Assembly (NCBI GenBank): GCA_018398765.1
Contig: JAHBMJ010000168.1
Coordinates: 1-64,000 of the forward strand
From: Chromera velia
Lineage: Eukaryota
Direction of reading: 5' to 3'
DNA: 64,000 nt
Under the pieces are notes generated by a model. It did no database searches, was not told where the DNA came from, and saw only the letters and a program-made list of their open reading frames with translations. How positions within the stretch are numbered: the stretch's first letter is position 1; every line of letters begins with the position of its first letter. Below, piece by piece: positions 48,986-62,035 of this stretch. The position numbers and the translations under genes were made by a program.

Positions 48986-49123
48986 CTCTGAACATTGGTC
49001 CGCCTCTGAAGCTCACCCAGTTATTTTCTTTCTTCCTGCCAACGCAGAGTCTGCAACCTCCGATGATAAGCTGACAGACGAACCGACCTGGATCATTGAC
49101 CCGGTAGGTAGATGATATGATGG

Positions 49124-49158
<35 letters not shown>

Positions 49159-52100
49159 AAGAAGAGAAGGGAAGGGGGACAAGCAGGCAGACAGATTTCT
49201 TTCTCAGCGTGTGGAGTAAAGGGGGAAGGGTTGTTTGGTGTGTGACGCAAGCAGCCTGACAGTTTGACGGAATCAAGAAGTTCGAAGACGAAATTCTGCC
49301 CAGAGCTCTCATTTAGCTCGGCATCTCACGAGCAAAGAAACATGGACAGAATTGCGCTGCACAAAGCAAATGCAGATCGTTTCGGTGGGATTCAAAACTG
49401 ACTACTACTCTGATTGTGTTCGGCATCTATCTGGGTGCACTGCAGATTGACGGCACCGCAAATTTTGTCCACACCTTTCCATTTGCTTCAGGCAAGTGTG
49501 TGGGCCTGTACTGGTGTTTTTGAGTCTGCTTTTTGTTGGTGTACCAGCTATCCCTCTGAGATGCAAGGGTCATCCTTTTGAAATTCTTGTCTGCTCTATC
49601 ACTCTTGTCGATGTGCCAGTGTGTTTATCGCTCTTCCCCTCGCTTCTGAACTTGTCGCCCTGTTGCGTGCATTCGTGGGTGGGTGGATGTGTACGTTTGC
49701 TTTGCAGTCTCGATAGGGTTCTCGAGGGGGAAGGAAGTGAAGCTTGGTGCTGTCTACAATCCTGTTCTGGTCAGCAGTTCAAGTCGTGTAAGACCTGTTC
49801 TCTGTCTTTGCTTTCCGTTCCCTGAGTTGGCAAGGCTCTAGAAGGCAGGAGGGAGATTGAATGGAGATGGATACCGGATGCATGGGATGTTTTTTGTATT
49901 TCGACAGAAGTTCCGCCTTTTTGCCCTCTTTCTTGTATGCTTTGAGAGAGGAGGAGACGGCTGGGCGCGAATCTCTCTGACGAGCTGCTTGGAAGGGGAT
50001 GAAGGGCATGCAGGTGTGATGGGGAGGTGGAGAGAGGATTCCCTGGCAGAGAGGGGGGGGATGAAGAGAAGAGAGAGGAAGAGAGAGTTACTGGCTTCGT
50101 ACATGCTTCGGGGGTCCATTTGTGTTGATGTGCGTGTATGTGTTTGTGTGCAGAACGAGATGTTCACTGCAACGAAGGGAGGGGGTGCGTTTCTGAACGG
50201 AGAGAAGATTACCGTTAGCGGATGTACAAAGCTGAGCGAATCCCTGGTTTCCACTGGATTCTGTTGTTCTCTTATGAGGAAGGTCAGGGGATCTGTGTGG
50301 ATGGAGGGTTGTGCAAGATGTGTCCTCGACGCATTTAGAGTCTGTTCGTCATGGCATCGGTCTACAAGCTGTCTGTCTGTCTATTGCGTGGGGTGTTTGT
50401 CTGTTTGTCGAAGTGCCGACATGCATGAGAGGTAAGAGAATGGACGGCGAAAAGAATAATAATTGAGCCTTTTTGGAGTGCTTCCGACTAAGAGAAAAAA
50501 CAACTTCGTCTCAAAGTTGCACTGTCAAAGAGGGCGCGCATGCGTATGTTTGGGATCTCTGTAGGGCCCAGAGAGATATGTGCGGTTTCTGCCTAGAGAG
50601 TAGAAACCTGAAAGTAAGCTTAGCTGGTTGCCTTTGAAGGGAAAGTGAAAGGGAATGCAGGGAGGCCGGATTGAAAGTATACGAGGGATCGTTCAAGTGG
50701 GAGGGGGTTCCGAAAATCTGGATGCAATAATCCTCTTTGTGTGTGTCTCGTCTTGAAGCCTCAAACAATCTTCTTCTTTCTGTATGTCTTGCGTTGTACT
50801 GCAGCTGTCTTCGGACAGCACGACAGAGGCAGAGAGGAAAGAAGTGGAGGCAAGAAAAGGTGAGATGGTCTCGCGTCGAGACGAACAAATGGATGACCCT
50901 TTTTTTTTGGGGGNNNNNNNNNNNNNNNGGGGGGGGGGGGGGCAAGAAGGATGTCTGCAAGATCAAACAGTAAAGGGAAAATGACCTCGTTTCGCATTCG
51001 TGTGGTGGTGAATAATGTCTGGCATCATCTTTTTCAAACGGCCTCTCTCGACCAAGCATCTCTTTGACCTGGCTGTGTGTGATGCCCCACGCCTCCTTTT
51101 CTCTCCGCATGTCTGCAGAAGAGATCTTGAAGTACATTAGCGTGATCATGCAGGTCCGTCTGTCTGGCGGCGCTTCTGGCTGGCTGGGGGGCTGGGGGGG
51201 GGGAGGTTCGCATTCGTTTTTTTTGTTATTCTGTCTCTCGCTCTGAACTGACAGGCCTCTGTATGGCGGTGTCTGATTCTTGAACTTCAAAGAGCACTAT
51301 TCATGAATTGAGTACGGCATTGTGCAGTCTTTTTGGAAGTTTTGTGTTTTTTTGTTTCACTTCATCACCTTCACATTTCTCTCTTCCTTCCCCTCGTTCC
51401 ATCCATCCATCTGACTCGTGCAGGAAGTCCATGACATCCGCAGAGTAGGGTCTGCAGCCCTCGACCTCTGTCAAGTTGGTCAGTCAGTCAGTCAGCCTGT
51501 CAGTCAGTCAGTCAGTCAGTCAGCCTGTCAGTCAGGCAGGCAGTCAGTCAGTCAGTCAGTCAGTCAGCCTGTCAGTCAGCCTGTCAGTCAGTCAGTCAGT
51601 CAGTCACTCAGCCTGTCAGTCAGCCTGTCAGTCAGTCAGTCAGTCAGTCAGTCAGTCTGTCAGTCAGCCTGTCAGTCAGCCTGTCAGTCAGTCAGTCAGT
51701 CAGTCAGTCAGTCAGTCAGTCAGTCAGTCAGTCAGTCAGTCAGTCAATGAATCCGTTCCGTCATCTCATTTCTGCACAGGTGGGAGGGAGGGAGGGAGGG
51801 AGGGAGAGAATGCATGGAGACGTGAAGGAGAAAGGTGGTGTAAGCGAAGTGAAGGATGCTGAACTGAAGTGATGCAGAGTGAGCGGAGGGAAAGAGAGAG
51901 CACTTGTGAGAGAAGGAAATAGGGGTCGAGAGGATGCAACTGGTGGAGAGGCGGGGGATTCAATGAGAGTCATCAGTGCCCCCCCCCACCCATCTCCCTC
52001 ACATCCTTGCGCTTCAATTCTTTCGATCGCTCTCCCTGATTGCATGCATGCATGCAGCCATGGGAAGGACAGACATGTACTTCGAGTTCGGGCCCCATGA

Positions 52101-53070
52101 ATGGGTGGGTGAAGGAAGAATTGAATGTTTCTTCTCAAGAATGGTTGGCTAAATGATTGAGTTTAGGCCTGATGCCTGGAGGGGTGATTTTCAATCTGGT
52201 CGCGGGTTTTCGGGGGTCGATCGAGAGAGTCCATTGTTCTCTCTCTTTCGTGGACCTCCCGGGTGGTCCCTCTGGTGGATTCAAATCGAGCCCGGAAGGG
52301 GGGACCCTAGATATGAATCGTCAAAACGCTTCCATGCTGCCGATTCTGCTCATCTCTTGTTGTTTCATTCGCTGATAATTGAATGATGAAATGAATGACT
52401 ACGGTGATTGAACAACAGCTGTCTGTCTCGATTCTCACGCAGGACGTCGCTGCCGGGTCGATCATTCTGGAGGAGGCAGGAGGATTCCTCTGTGACCTCG
52501 ATGGGGCTCCTGTCAGTCAGTCAGTCAGAACCTTGCTGTTCCTTCCTTCCTTCTAGTCAGCGACAATCAATGCATGGGTGGCATCTTTATCTAGATGGGT
52601 GCGTGTATGGGTGTTTTCTTCCCCCTATGCATTTCTCTTTTTTAAAAAAAGGCGCGGCTACAGGCATCTATGTGCGTAACCATACACACACTTGATTCCC
52701 GTCAGTTCTTCCCTCCCTCTCTACTCTTTCGATTTCGCCAGCGCCTCACTGTCCTCGGCCGGCGTCACTTCTCGTTTTTGCGGCGGGTCTCAATTATTCC
52801 CTGCTTATCTTTGCGTGCTCCGTTATCCGTCAGCATTCTTGTAAGGAGGATGTGAGTTCAAACCTCCACCTGGGGTTTGGCATCAATCACCCAATCAATC
52901 AGTCAATCAACCATGATTTTCACTCTGACGACTCTCTTTTGCATGTTCCCCCTGCATGTGCGCAGTTTGACATCGCCGCCCGTCGTACCCTCGCGGCAGC
53001 CTCCAAGGACCTTGCGATGGAACTGGTCAACAAACTGGCAGCTGGAAAGTGCTTGAGACCGTTCCGTTGA
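48012..53070 (+). CDS. Inositol monophosphatase family protein with a probable bipartite plastid-targeting leader
   Basis: About 13 phase-consistent exons. Motifs DLVTET|DVAVE, FLCE|ES, TWIIDP|IDGTANFVH, RRVGSAALDLCQV|AMGRTDMYFEFGPHEW|DVAAGSIILEEAGG. Leader is hydrophobic MPIFYGALCFLLTSPVALL followed by an S/R/P-rich stretch with no acidic residues. Confidence 0.9.
51479..51746. repeat. (GTCA)n tetranucleotide array beginning exactly at a GTCAGT splice donor
   Basis: Directly visible, with interspersed GCCT variants. Confidence 0.95.
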
Positions 53071-53698
53071 ATTGAGTGTCGACAACGTTTGAAGACGGCA
53101 AGGCAGATCAATGCAGTGAATTCATAAAGAGAAAATATGGTGTGACTCATTCAGAGTTCCTCTCTGACTCATTTGCGCTGTTACACTTAATTCGACTTTG
53201 AGAGTTACCCGGGTAGCGCAGTAACTTTAGGGTCTATGACCTTGTAAAGTTACCGTACTTTAGTAACTGTGACAAATGCTGTAAAGTCACTAAAGTACAT
53301 GGAGTAGAAACATTATGCTATAATAGTTAGAGCAGTGTTTATACAACTTCCCATCTCAATTTCAAAGTAGCTACTACAGTAGTGTTTTTGTCGTGAAGGC
53401 ATTAACTTTTTGCCTATTCTAACAAAAAATCATGCAGATTTGGGGGGAAAAATTTAGGAAATAATCCTGGAAATTCTTAAAAAAAATGTTTGAGGTGACA
53501 ATGAGGTCGTTATTTCCAGAACTAGTCACGGTTCCAGAAAAATTAAATTTGTTGACCCACCTAATTTACCTTTAAAAATTTAGATGATAAAAGATCAAAA
53601 AAATCTGGAGTCCGGTTCTTCATCATTTTTTACATTACTAGGAGTCTAGGACCGTTAACTAAGACTCTAAGAGTTTCCAACTAGGACTTTGAGTTATA

Positions 53699-56477
53699 CT
53701 GTGTTGTTAGGAGTAACCAACTTAGTTTGGTTACCGAGGCGGCCGTTAGGCCGCTTGGTAACCATTTTCATGGTTACAGTAATCCTGCAGAGTCACATTG
53801 ATTACCAATTTTTAAGAAAATCCGGACTAACTACCAATTTTTAAGAAAATCCTAAAAAAAAATTGGTAACTCCCATTGGAGTCTCCCAATTTTTAGGTGA
53901 CTCTAAATGTTCATAGAATTTATTCCTAATAATGAATTAGAGTCTAATGGCTGCGGCTAGAGACTAGTGAGCCCCTGTCTAGTCTGTACACAAAATTTTA
54001 GCTTCAAACTGTATGTACTTCTTTCACTAGACTAGGTACTAATTTTTCAAAATTGGGAGTTACTGGCGGTAAAAAATTGGTAGTACTACCAATTCGATGC
54101 CCAATTCAACTCCCAATTAATTCATTAGGGTGCCCGCTCCGGGCACTATATTTGTTATGGGAAGAGGGGAGGGTGGTGGCGGCTTGATTGTCTGGGTTCG
54201 CCCCGAATTGAAGGAGGGGCCGTAGACAGAGAAGCAGAGGGAGCAGGATGGTCAGACAGCAGAATGGGGGAGGGCAGCGTCGAGGAGCCCGAGAGAGAGC
54301 CCGAACCTGTCCTCCTTGACAACTGTATCTTAGGCAGTCTGAGGTATGCGGATGATCTCTGTTTCCTTGCTCATTCCGTCTCAGATCTGCAAAAGAAGTT
54401 TTCAGCCTTGGAAGGGTATTGCAAGGAATGGGGACTGACTGTGAACTTAAAGAAAACGAAAATCTTACGCCTGTCTGCCTTGGCTCTGGGGCAGTCTGCA
54501 GGGAGAGTCATGTATGGTGGGAGGGAAGTTGAATGGACATCCGAATACAAATATCTGGGGTGTGTTTTCTTTGAAGGGGGGTGTTTGAACAAGACAATTG
54601 AGTCCCGTATTACTTCTGCTTCGCGGGCTCTGGGAGGGGTAATTAGGTTGATTGCGAGCATGGGCCCGCTCAGCATTGATGTGCAGGTAACAGTCTTTAG
54701 AGCCTGCTGGACCTCCATAGCGCTCTACTGCCTTGAATATCTGCCAGTGCGGGATACAGACCTGCTCGCTCTTGATGCTTTGCAGCTTCGGTTTGCCCAT
54801 TGGTATGGTCATTTGTCTGCTCGCAGCCTCTGCCTGCCCTCTCTTTGCATCCTTGGTCTTCTTCCCTGCAAAGCCCTTCTCTGCTCCCGTATCGCTGACT
54901 GGTGGCACTCTCTTTCTATCACAACACACACTATTCCTGCAGCCATGTTGCATGCCTGGAAGAATAACTGCTGCCAACAATTCATAAGGTCTATAGATAG
55001 GCTGTTTGATTTGATTTCTGTCCGCTCGCTGAGGGTCGAGCCCGATCTGTCTTCCCAACGCGGGCAGAATGGTGATAGGGCACAAGGCACCGGCTCACTT
55101 TTCTTCAAGAGCAAGGTGAGACAGACAGTTGCAAAGGAATGCATGAAGGCTTCTGAGGATGATGGGCAATCTTCCTCTCACTTTCCCCTCCTTGCTAGAC
55201 TCACCCCTCTGCAGCGCGACTTCCCGTCCTCCCACTGTATGTTTGTCTTCCTCCTGTATAGCAAGTCGTCCTCCGGTGTTCTTTCCGTCTCTGCCCTTCC
55301 CCGTTCTGCCCTGTCGGTTACGGATGGCTCGATCTTTTCTTTTTTACGCATGCTGACATACAACCCGATGGGCGGGCAAAGTGGGCTGCCTGTTGGTTGC
55401 TCTGATAGAAAGCTGTGCACCTATGAAGCCTGCTGCCGGTATGTAGATGATTGTATTCATCGGCTCTCTGTCTGCCCCCGATGGACTGCCGAACAAGGCT
55501 TTTTGCAGTGGTTAGCATTAATTCAATCAGACCGCTTCACTCGTTGTGACTCACCCTTTACATCCGCCTCTAGGACCTTTTCGAATCTGGGGGTTCGCAA
55601 GTTCATCACATCGCTCTTGCGCTCTCAACCCTCTCTTCTCTTTATGATTTCTCGTCATATTGTAGTAAATGATTGATTAGATTAAGTTCGAATAACTGTC
55701 GTCCACTTAGCTTGCAGCTGGCATAATTGAACAGACCCATGCATGTATGCGCCATCCAGGAGTTCTAAGTCCACCTAGGGCTTGGTATCAATCAATCAAT
55801 CAAGAACTGGGCAACCAAGATGTCCTCGGGGGACTGTTTGGTGGAAATAACAAGCCGATCGAGGACTACACGTCCTCCTTTCTCATGTATTACAGGAAAG
55901 ATAATCCAATGCCTGCGCATTTTGCCATTTGATTATTAAATTACATTGAACAAACCTGTCGCAGATGTGTATCGATCGCATAATTTTTGCATAATGATTC
56001 AAATTTGGGTTTTTAACAAGTTTTTGACAAGTTTTCAACTTAAGTTTTAGTGGTTGTTCAACATGATTTTAGACTCTAAACAGTAAAAAAGTTAGTGTCA
56101 AAATTTTTTTTTTTTAAGAAAAACATTTGCGTGCCGAAGCGAGAAGGTGTGGGGGGGAGGGGGGGGGGATCTTGCGTACCATTGGCACTCAAATGAATTT
56201 TTACATGGCCCCAAACAACTTAGACAAAAAAAGTTTAAAAGTGATCTTTTTAAACTTTTTTACGTCGTACTCTACTCGTACACAGTTTTTGAAGATGCGT
56301 TTCTCCTGTATTAGATCTTGATGCAACATGATGCAACATATTTGTGGGCAGATATAGCTAGATTACCGCGGTAGTGGTAATCCCCTCAGACCCCCCTAGT
56401 TACCAAGTTTTGGTTACCAATTTGATGGTAACCAAAAGCTTTCTAAGAAGGGCCGGTAGTTACTCCTAACAGCACAG
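53699..56477. mobile_element. TIR DNA element flanked by TA(TA) (Tc1/mariner-type target), containing a nested LINE fragment
   Basis: Left TATA|CTGTGTTGTTAGGAGTAAC; right GTTACTCCTAACAGCACAG|TATA (1 mismatch). GGTTACC/GGTAACC/TACCAA subterminal repeats at both ends. Confidence 0.65.
54157..55803 (+). mobile_element. Non-LTR retrotransposon (LINE) fragment: RT C-terminal half, CCHC-like end and (ATCA)n tail
   Basis: ORF 54264-55676 with LRYADDL, GLTVNLKKTKIL, EYKYLGC and C-terminal CTYEAC...DDCIHRLSVCP. (ATCA)4 at 55787-55802. Upstream GRGEGGGGLIVWVR (from about 54160) resembles an APE endonuclease motif. Confidence 0.88.
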
Positions 56478-57590
56478 TATACTTTCAGTTTTTTAAATAT
56501 ACTACAAATACATATATAAAAAATTAGATAAAAAAAGACTTTCAAACCACTTTTTAGAGAATCCAGAACCCCATGCAGAACACCTCCAATCCAGCCTCCA
56601 ATTTTATATGGTATACAAAAAAAAGGTTATAGGCTCGGATTCAATATATATTATATTTGAAATAAAATGCTAATATAATATAATGTAATATAAACTTAAT
56701 GTAATATAGGAGGATGAAGTTTGGTTTGAAGGAAATGAGTGAAAGAAGGGAGATCCGGCCTGCAAAATTTGATGATATGATGTGTCTCTTTGGTTGATCA
56801 GGCGGTTTCTGATAAGGATTCACTCCGATTTAGAGGGAGGTTGCTCTGTCCCGCGCCGAAGCTAGTCCCGAAGGGGGATTTGGTTGAATTAAGAAGGAAA
56901 GATCGACAAACACGGGCGAATTTATATGGATGTTATATCATATTATATTATATTTATATTATTATATTAGAAGAAAAAGCTAGACACTGCTTATCTAGGG
57001 GCGCCTTTGCCCTTGAGCGCACACAGCACTTATAGGTGTTCGTTTTCAGAAGGTGTTCGAAGTAAGGCTACTTCACTTCCAACCATCAATCAAGTCTCTG
57101 ACTTATCTGACTCCATCATTCTGTATCACCGAATTACTGTTTACATGCATTTACGTACATGCAATTAATTCTGCATGCATTGATCTGCAAGATGCGTACG
57201 TGCTCGGTCATGGCTCTCTGGAGGCGCGCTGTGCGGCGGGACCGGTTGGCCGGTGCCGGCCCGCTTGCACGTTCTGCTTTAGAGAAACTCTAAAGATATA
57301 TATATGTATATATTGAATCTAAGCCTAGAAAAAAGGCTTAAAAATCAAAACCTTTCTATATCTGTACAAAAACAAATTAACGCGGCCAGTGCTGCAGTGC
57401 ATTACCTTGTTGATGGAGACGAGAAAAGGTTGGGTTTCACAGAATGGGAAAAGGGGGACGAAGCGGGGCCAGGGCCGATAAAGGCTAGGATAAAGGGCTG
57501 CATCCAGGAAAAATTATCTCTCAGAAATACTCGGAGCGCCGCTTAGAGCGGAGAATGAAGAGAGGCATTTAAAACGAGAGCAAAGGACGA

Positions 57591-58378
57591 TCAGCGGCGA
57601 AGGAGCCGACGGGAGGAGATAAAGAAAAGAACTGAGAGGCAGGAAAGTGATTTTACACAGACGAAGTTTAAACAACTGAACAACAGGGCGACACGCAAAA
57701 CAACAAGTCGTCGCTGCACATAACATCAACATTCTCATTCTTCCAACAATGAATGCACACGATTGATGTGATCACTTGCTTACTTTACATGTGTGGTATA
57801 ATTCGGAGCATGACGAATGCGAACGACACGAACGACAGAAGGATCGTCTTGATGTCCGTTGCATTACTCACTTGGTAAAACACATACAGCAACACAACCG
57901 AGAGAAAAAGAAAGGTCGCCATCTTGGAGGCTTTGGTGATCAACAGGAAGAAAACAGCTGGAGACTCGTCTTGGTCCTCTTGATTCGCTCTTCTCCGACA
58001 GGTGAACTTCCACCCTATATGCTCACCGCAGCCCGCGTTGTCGCACAAAAGGATCTGCCAACCGTATCCTCGAAACCATGAGACCTCAAATTCAGGGGGT
58101 CGCGGCTGCACAATCACATTGCGAATGATTCGCTTCGCAAGGAAAGTGTCAAAACTTCGGGGAAGCCAATTGACCACGAATGACTGAGTAAAGCGCAACC
58201 GGTGCACATCCACGAGTCCCTGTCCCCTTCGTATTCTGGTCTTTCGACTCAGTTTGGACGCAGCTGCCTTGAGGATCCTCTCGTCCTCTCCACATGAGAT
58301 CTGGTCGGAGGGCTCTGCAAGAAGGGCGTGGCAACACGGACAGAAGATACCGTCGACTCCTTGTGAACCGTGAAACAT
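57591..58378 (-). CDS. Stand-alone cereblon CULT (thalidomide-binding/Yippee-fold) domain protein with a hydrophobic C-terminal tail
   Basis: CPCC zinc pair and SWFRGYGWQILLCDNAGCGEHIGWKF (tri-Trp pocket plus second Cys pair). Exon 58378-57872, GTGAGT donor, TGCAG acceptor, in-frame exon 57713-57591. The unspliced alternative ends at 57785. Confidence 0.82.
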
Positions 58379-58959
58379 CCTCGACCGTACTTCCCCACCC
58401 GCCTGTTGCTCAGATCACTGCCGAGGCAACCGAAACGATGTCATCCTCTGACTCGGTTCATGTATGTATTGATATATGTCTCTGAGGGAGAGAAGGTCCT
58501 TGTATATGATGCGACACTTCTAGTTCAACCGGCCCTCCTGGGAAGGGGGGAAACGAGACCTGTGATTTCAGACGACCTTGAACCACAGGAATGAATAACA
58601 ACAGACTTCCAATCCAACGCGAAACGCTCCCTCCGAGAAACGATCAGACCAAAGCACGAACTCGAGCAGTTCCTGGCGAACGATGGTGGTCGGTCGGTTG
58701 GCTGGCCTGGAAATGCAAATGCCCCTCATGGTTTCGACGCGAGGTTGAAAACCTGCTCATCAATCATTGTCTAATCTGGCAGGCTCAATCTGGCAGAGTC
58801 ACACTGAGTCGCGTAGACGGGTCAGAAGTTAGGCAGCGCCGCCCGCGCGGGTATGCATGGCGCGGCATTGGCGCCGCGCGCGGGGGGGAGATCCATACCG
58901 GGCGGCCCGGGCCGATGCATACAGGTACATACAAGACCAAAGAGACACTGAAGAAAGGC

Positions 58960-59422
58960 GTATCACATACCGGCGGCGAGTGGGGTGCTTTTTGCCCCCC
59001 TAAAGCGGCACATTTCCGTAAAAAACTCATTCTCAAAATTGGTAAGGAGTTAGAAGCTGAAACTTTGTGTAAGAAGACGTTGTAACGATAAAAAAAGAAC
59101 TATGGAATAGATTTTTTATATCATTTCTAGAAACATAGGCTGTCATACAAATTTTTTGATTTTGACACCATTTTTTAACGCTTTTAAATAGTAAGAAAAC
59201 CGGTATAAAACTTATAAAATTCGTATGGCAGCCTATATTTGTAGAAATGATATAAAAAATCTGTTCCATAGTTCTTTTTCCATCGTTACAACGTCTTCTT
59301 ACATAAATTTTCAGCTTCTAACTCCTTACCAATTATGAGAACGAGATTTTTGTGGAAAAGCGCCAGCCGCCTATGTAGAGGGGGGGGCAAAAAACACCCC
59401 ACTCGCCCTCGGCATGCGATAC
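58960..59422. mobile_element. Foldback/MITE-like element with about 200-bp inverted arms
   Basis: Arm 58960 to about 59157 (GTATCACATACCG...AATTGGTAAGGAGTTAGAAGCTGAAA...) is the reverse complement of arm about 59214-59422, with scattered mismatches and a short spacer. Confidence 0.85.
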
Positions 59423-60124
59423 AGAAATATGCAGAAAAATGTACAGAGGTATACAGAGGTAGTGAGGGAAGAGCACATCTCATTATCCGAACACGAGCCT
59501 ACTGTGCTGCCTAAGTATACCCAGGTACAGAATAGTAGAGGAGACATAGACATTTCAGTTAAAGTTTTCCGATTGAAGTAGATTGAAGAGTATTTAGTCC
59601 CAAGCTATCCCAAGTGTGTGCTTTGTTAAGCTGATTCAAATTATTTAAAATTTTTAATAACTTACAGTTAATTTGCTTTTCAAAGCATTTTAAAGTTGCT
59701 TTAAAATTTGAATTGATCAAAGTTTTGATTCCTCTTTATTTTTTTTCTGGTTATTCTTGGTACAATGAAATAGTGTTATATCCCACACTGGCATGCACTG
59801 GCATCAAAAACTTCTAGACTAGCAGGTCTGAATCAGACCGTCCAGCCGCTTTCCTTCAAAGCCACACATTGGACATTTAGCATTCGAACTAGCTAGAATT
59901 AGTATCAGATAGCATCGGAACACAATTTAGGCTAATGATGCTGCCAATCCTCTCTAATCCTCTGGACATAAATCTTATCCGATCCGTATGAGTTCTTCCC
60001 TCACTTAGAAGAGAGTGCAAGAGCGCTGTATAACAGAGGTGAACACCCGTTTGAGATAAGAAGAGCACCAACACAGGCAGGCCAACAGCCTTCTTTTGAG
60101 ATAAAAGACAGAATAGTTAGATGG

Positions 60125-60811
60125 TTGAGAGAAAAAAACATAGATGAGATGGAAAAAAGAAAGAAGAAAGTGTTTAAGAAGCAGGTAGAACAAACAATCA
60201 AGATAAGAAAGAGAGAAGAACAGATAAGACTGAGTCAGTTCGAAGGGGTTTTAGATTGGGACAGAGGGGTTCAGAACAGAAATCGCCTTCATTTATGGTC
60301 TTTCCTTGAGAAAGAAGAAAATGCAGAAAGAAACACTGATGCACTCCGTGTATACATCAGAGAAGAAGGTATTAGAAAAGCCAGCAGAAAAGCCCCCTTT
60401 TGCTACACCGAGCTGGCGCCCTGGTCAGTGCATAGAAGGAGAGCAGCATTCAGACTTGGAGAAAGAAGCTTCGCCGTCATAAAAGGAAGAGTGCCACAGA
60501 AAGGTGAACAGAGAGTGCCACTTGGGAAATGAATTTGTCTATTCTGTTTTGACTTGCTTAACTTTTTAGTCCTCAAGGATGAGGTCCACGTGCTCACAGA
60601 ATGCCCAGTGGACGAATGGGAAAGGGAAGAATGCATTGGCTATCTGGCACAAGGGTGGACAGACAAGAAGAACAAAAGAACAAAGCGTGTAAGAAAGTCA
60701 GAAGGGGATGGAAAAATCAAAAAAATGGCTTTGTTCACCTTTTTAGTTAACAAAGCAGACTACTATGTAAACACACTTATAAAAAGAATCTGGATGAGAC
60801 GAAGAGTGTGA
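60125..60811 (+). pseudogene. Degraded LINE ORF2 3' end (CCHC zinc-knuckle region)
   Basis: Same-frame ORFs 60125-60532 and 60554-60811 read AAFRLG...KGR...VPLGK*ICLFC...KDEVHVLTECP, matching the typical LINE C-terminal R-x-C-x2-C...EDExH...CP motif with one stop. Confidence 0.7.
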
Positions 60812-61552
60812 GGGAGATGTAAAGAGGAACTTAAGGATGCTTTTCGAGATGTGACTGCCAAACAGCTCGCAGAAGTCCACGACAAAGCTAGCGACAAAGA
60901 AGAGAAAGGGAAAGGAAACAGAGAGCCGCGTTCCAAGGGAGAAAATCTGATCGGTATGCTTTATCAGATAAAAAGAGCAAGAGAGACAGGCTCTGCACGT
61001 AGGCATACGGTCGCACAAGTAATAAAGGATGCATGCTATCGCTCCACCCCTGCCCCCTGTCACTCTGTCTTTCACTCGCACTTCATCAGAGAAAATCAAG
61101 CATAACTTAATATTATCCCAGGACCGTAATTCAACTGCATCCGTGTTTATCGGCATTAGCAATGGTTTTGAAGTTTGAAGTGCAAGGCAAGAAATTCATT
61201 TGTCGTGATGAGATGTGTCGTGATGAGAAATTTATGTGTCATAACATGAATGCTCACAGACTGCCCTTTGCCATTAGGATACGATGGCTGGCGGGTTTAG
61301 TCACATCATCATCATCATGTATGCGTACATGGTGTGGAGTAATGTACATGAATATATGGTGCAAGGCGGATGTCAGATAACTGGCACACAGGTCTAGGGC
61401 TCCAGCCCCGAACACAATGTAATCCTCTAATCCTGTATATTTATTTATTTTATCGTTTGCAATATATTAGGTTTGGTGTGCAGGCCCTTGAGACTCCAAA
61501 GTTGAGAGAAGGTCTGGAATAATATCCCGGGCCCTGTTAGCGGTGGCGATAC

Positions 61553-61778
61553 CTAGGCTCCCCATATTAAAAGAAAACAAAAAAGAAAATTAGGTGAAAA
61601 ACCGAATTAGTTTTTTTTATTTTTGATTTTCTAGAACAAGACCTGAACAACTGTTGTTTAGGGTGTTGCATAATATACAAGTAATGTTTAGAAGAAAAAA
61701 AAAAAGAAGAAAAGAAAATCAATTAAAATTCCATTTTAGGCCATTACTTTTTTATTTTTTTTTATATGGGGAGCCTAG
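61553..61778. mobile_element. MITE with CTAGGC termini and a degenerate 8-bp TSD
   Basis: Left CTAGGCTCCCCATAT; right ATATGGGGAGCCTAG. Flanks GGCGATAC and GGCGACGC. Internal AACAACTGTTGT is shared with the 8256-8488 element. Confidence 0.75.
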
Positions 61779-62035
61779 GGCGACGCCTTGACATAGCGGG
61801 AAGGCCTAGCGCGGAACCAATCAATCAATCAAACAGAAAAAAAAATGTGAATGCGGCAAATAAACAGGCACACAGAAAGATGATGATGATGATGATGTTG
61901 ACTAAACCCGGCAGCCATCGTGTCCCAATGGCAGAGGGCAGTCTGAGCGGCAGAGGGCAGTCTGAGCATACACGCATTGCTAGCCTAGGAAAGATGGAAG
62001 GAACATCAATGCTACGCTATGCTATGGAAAGAAGA

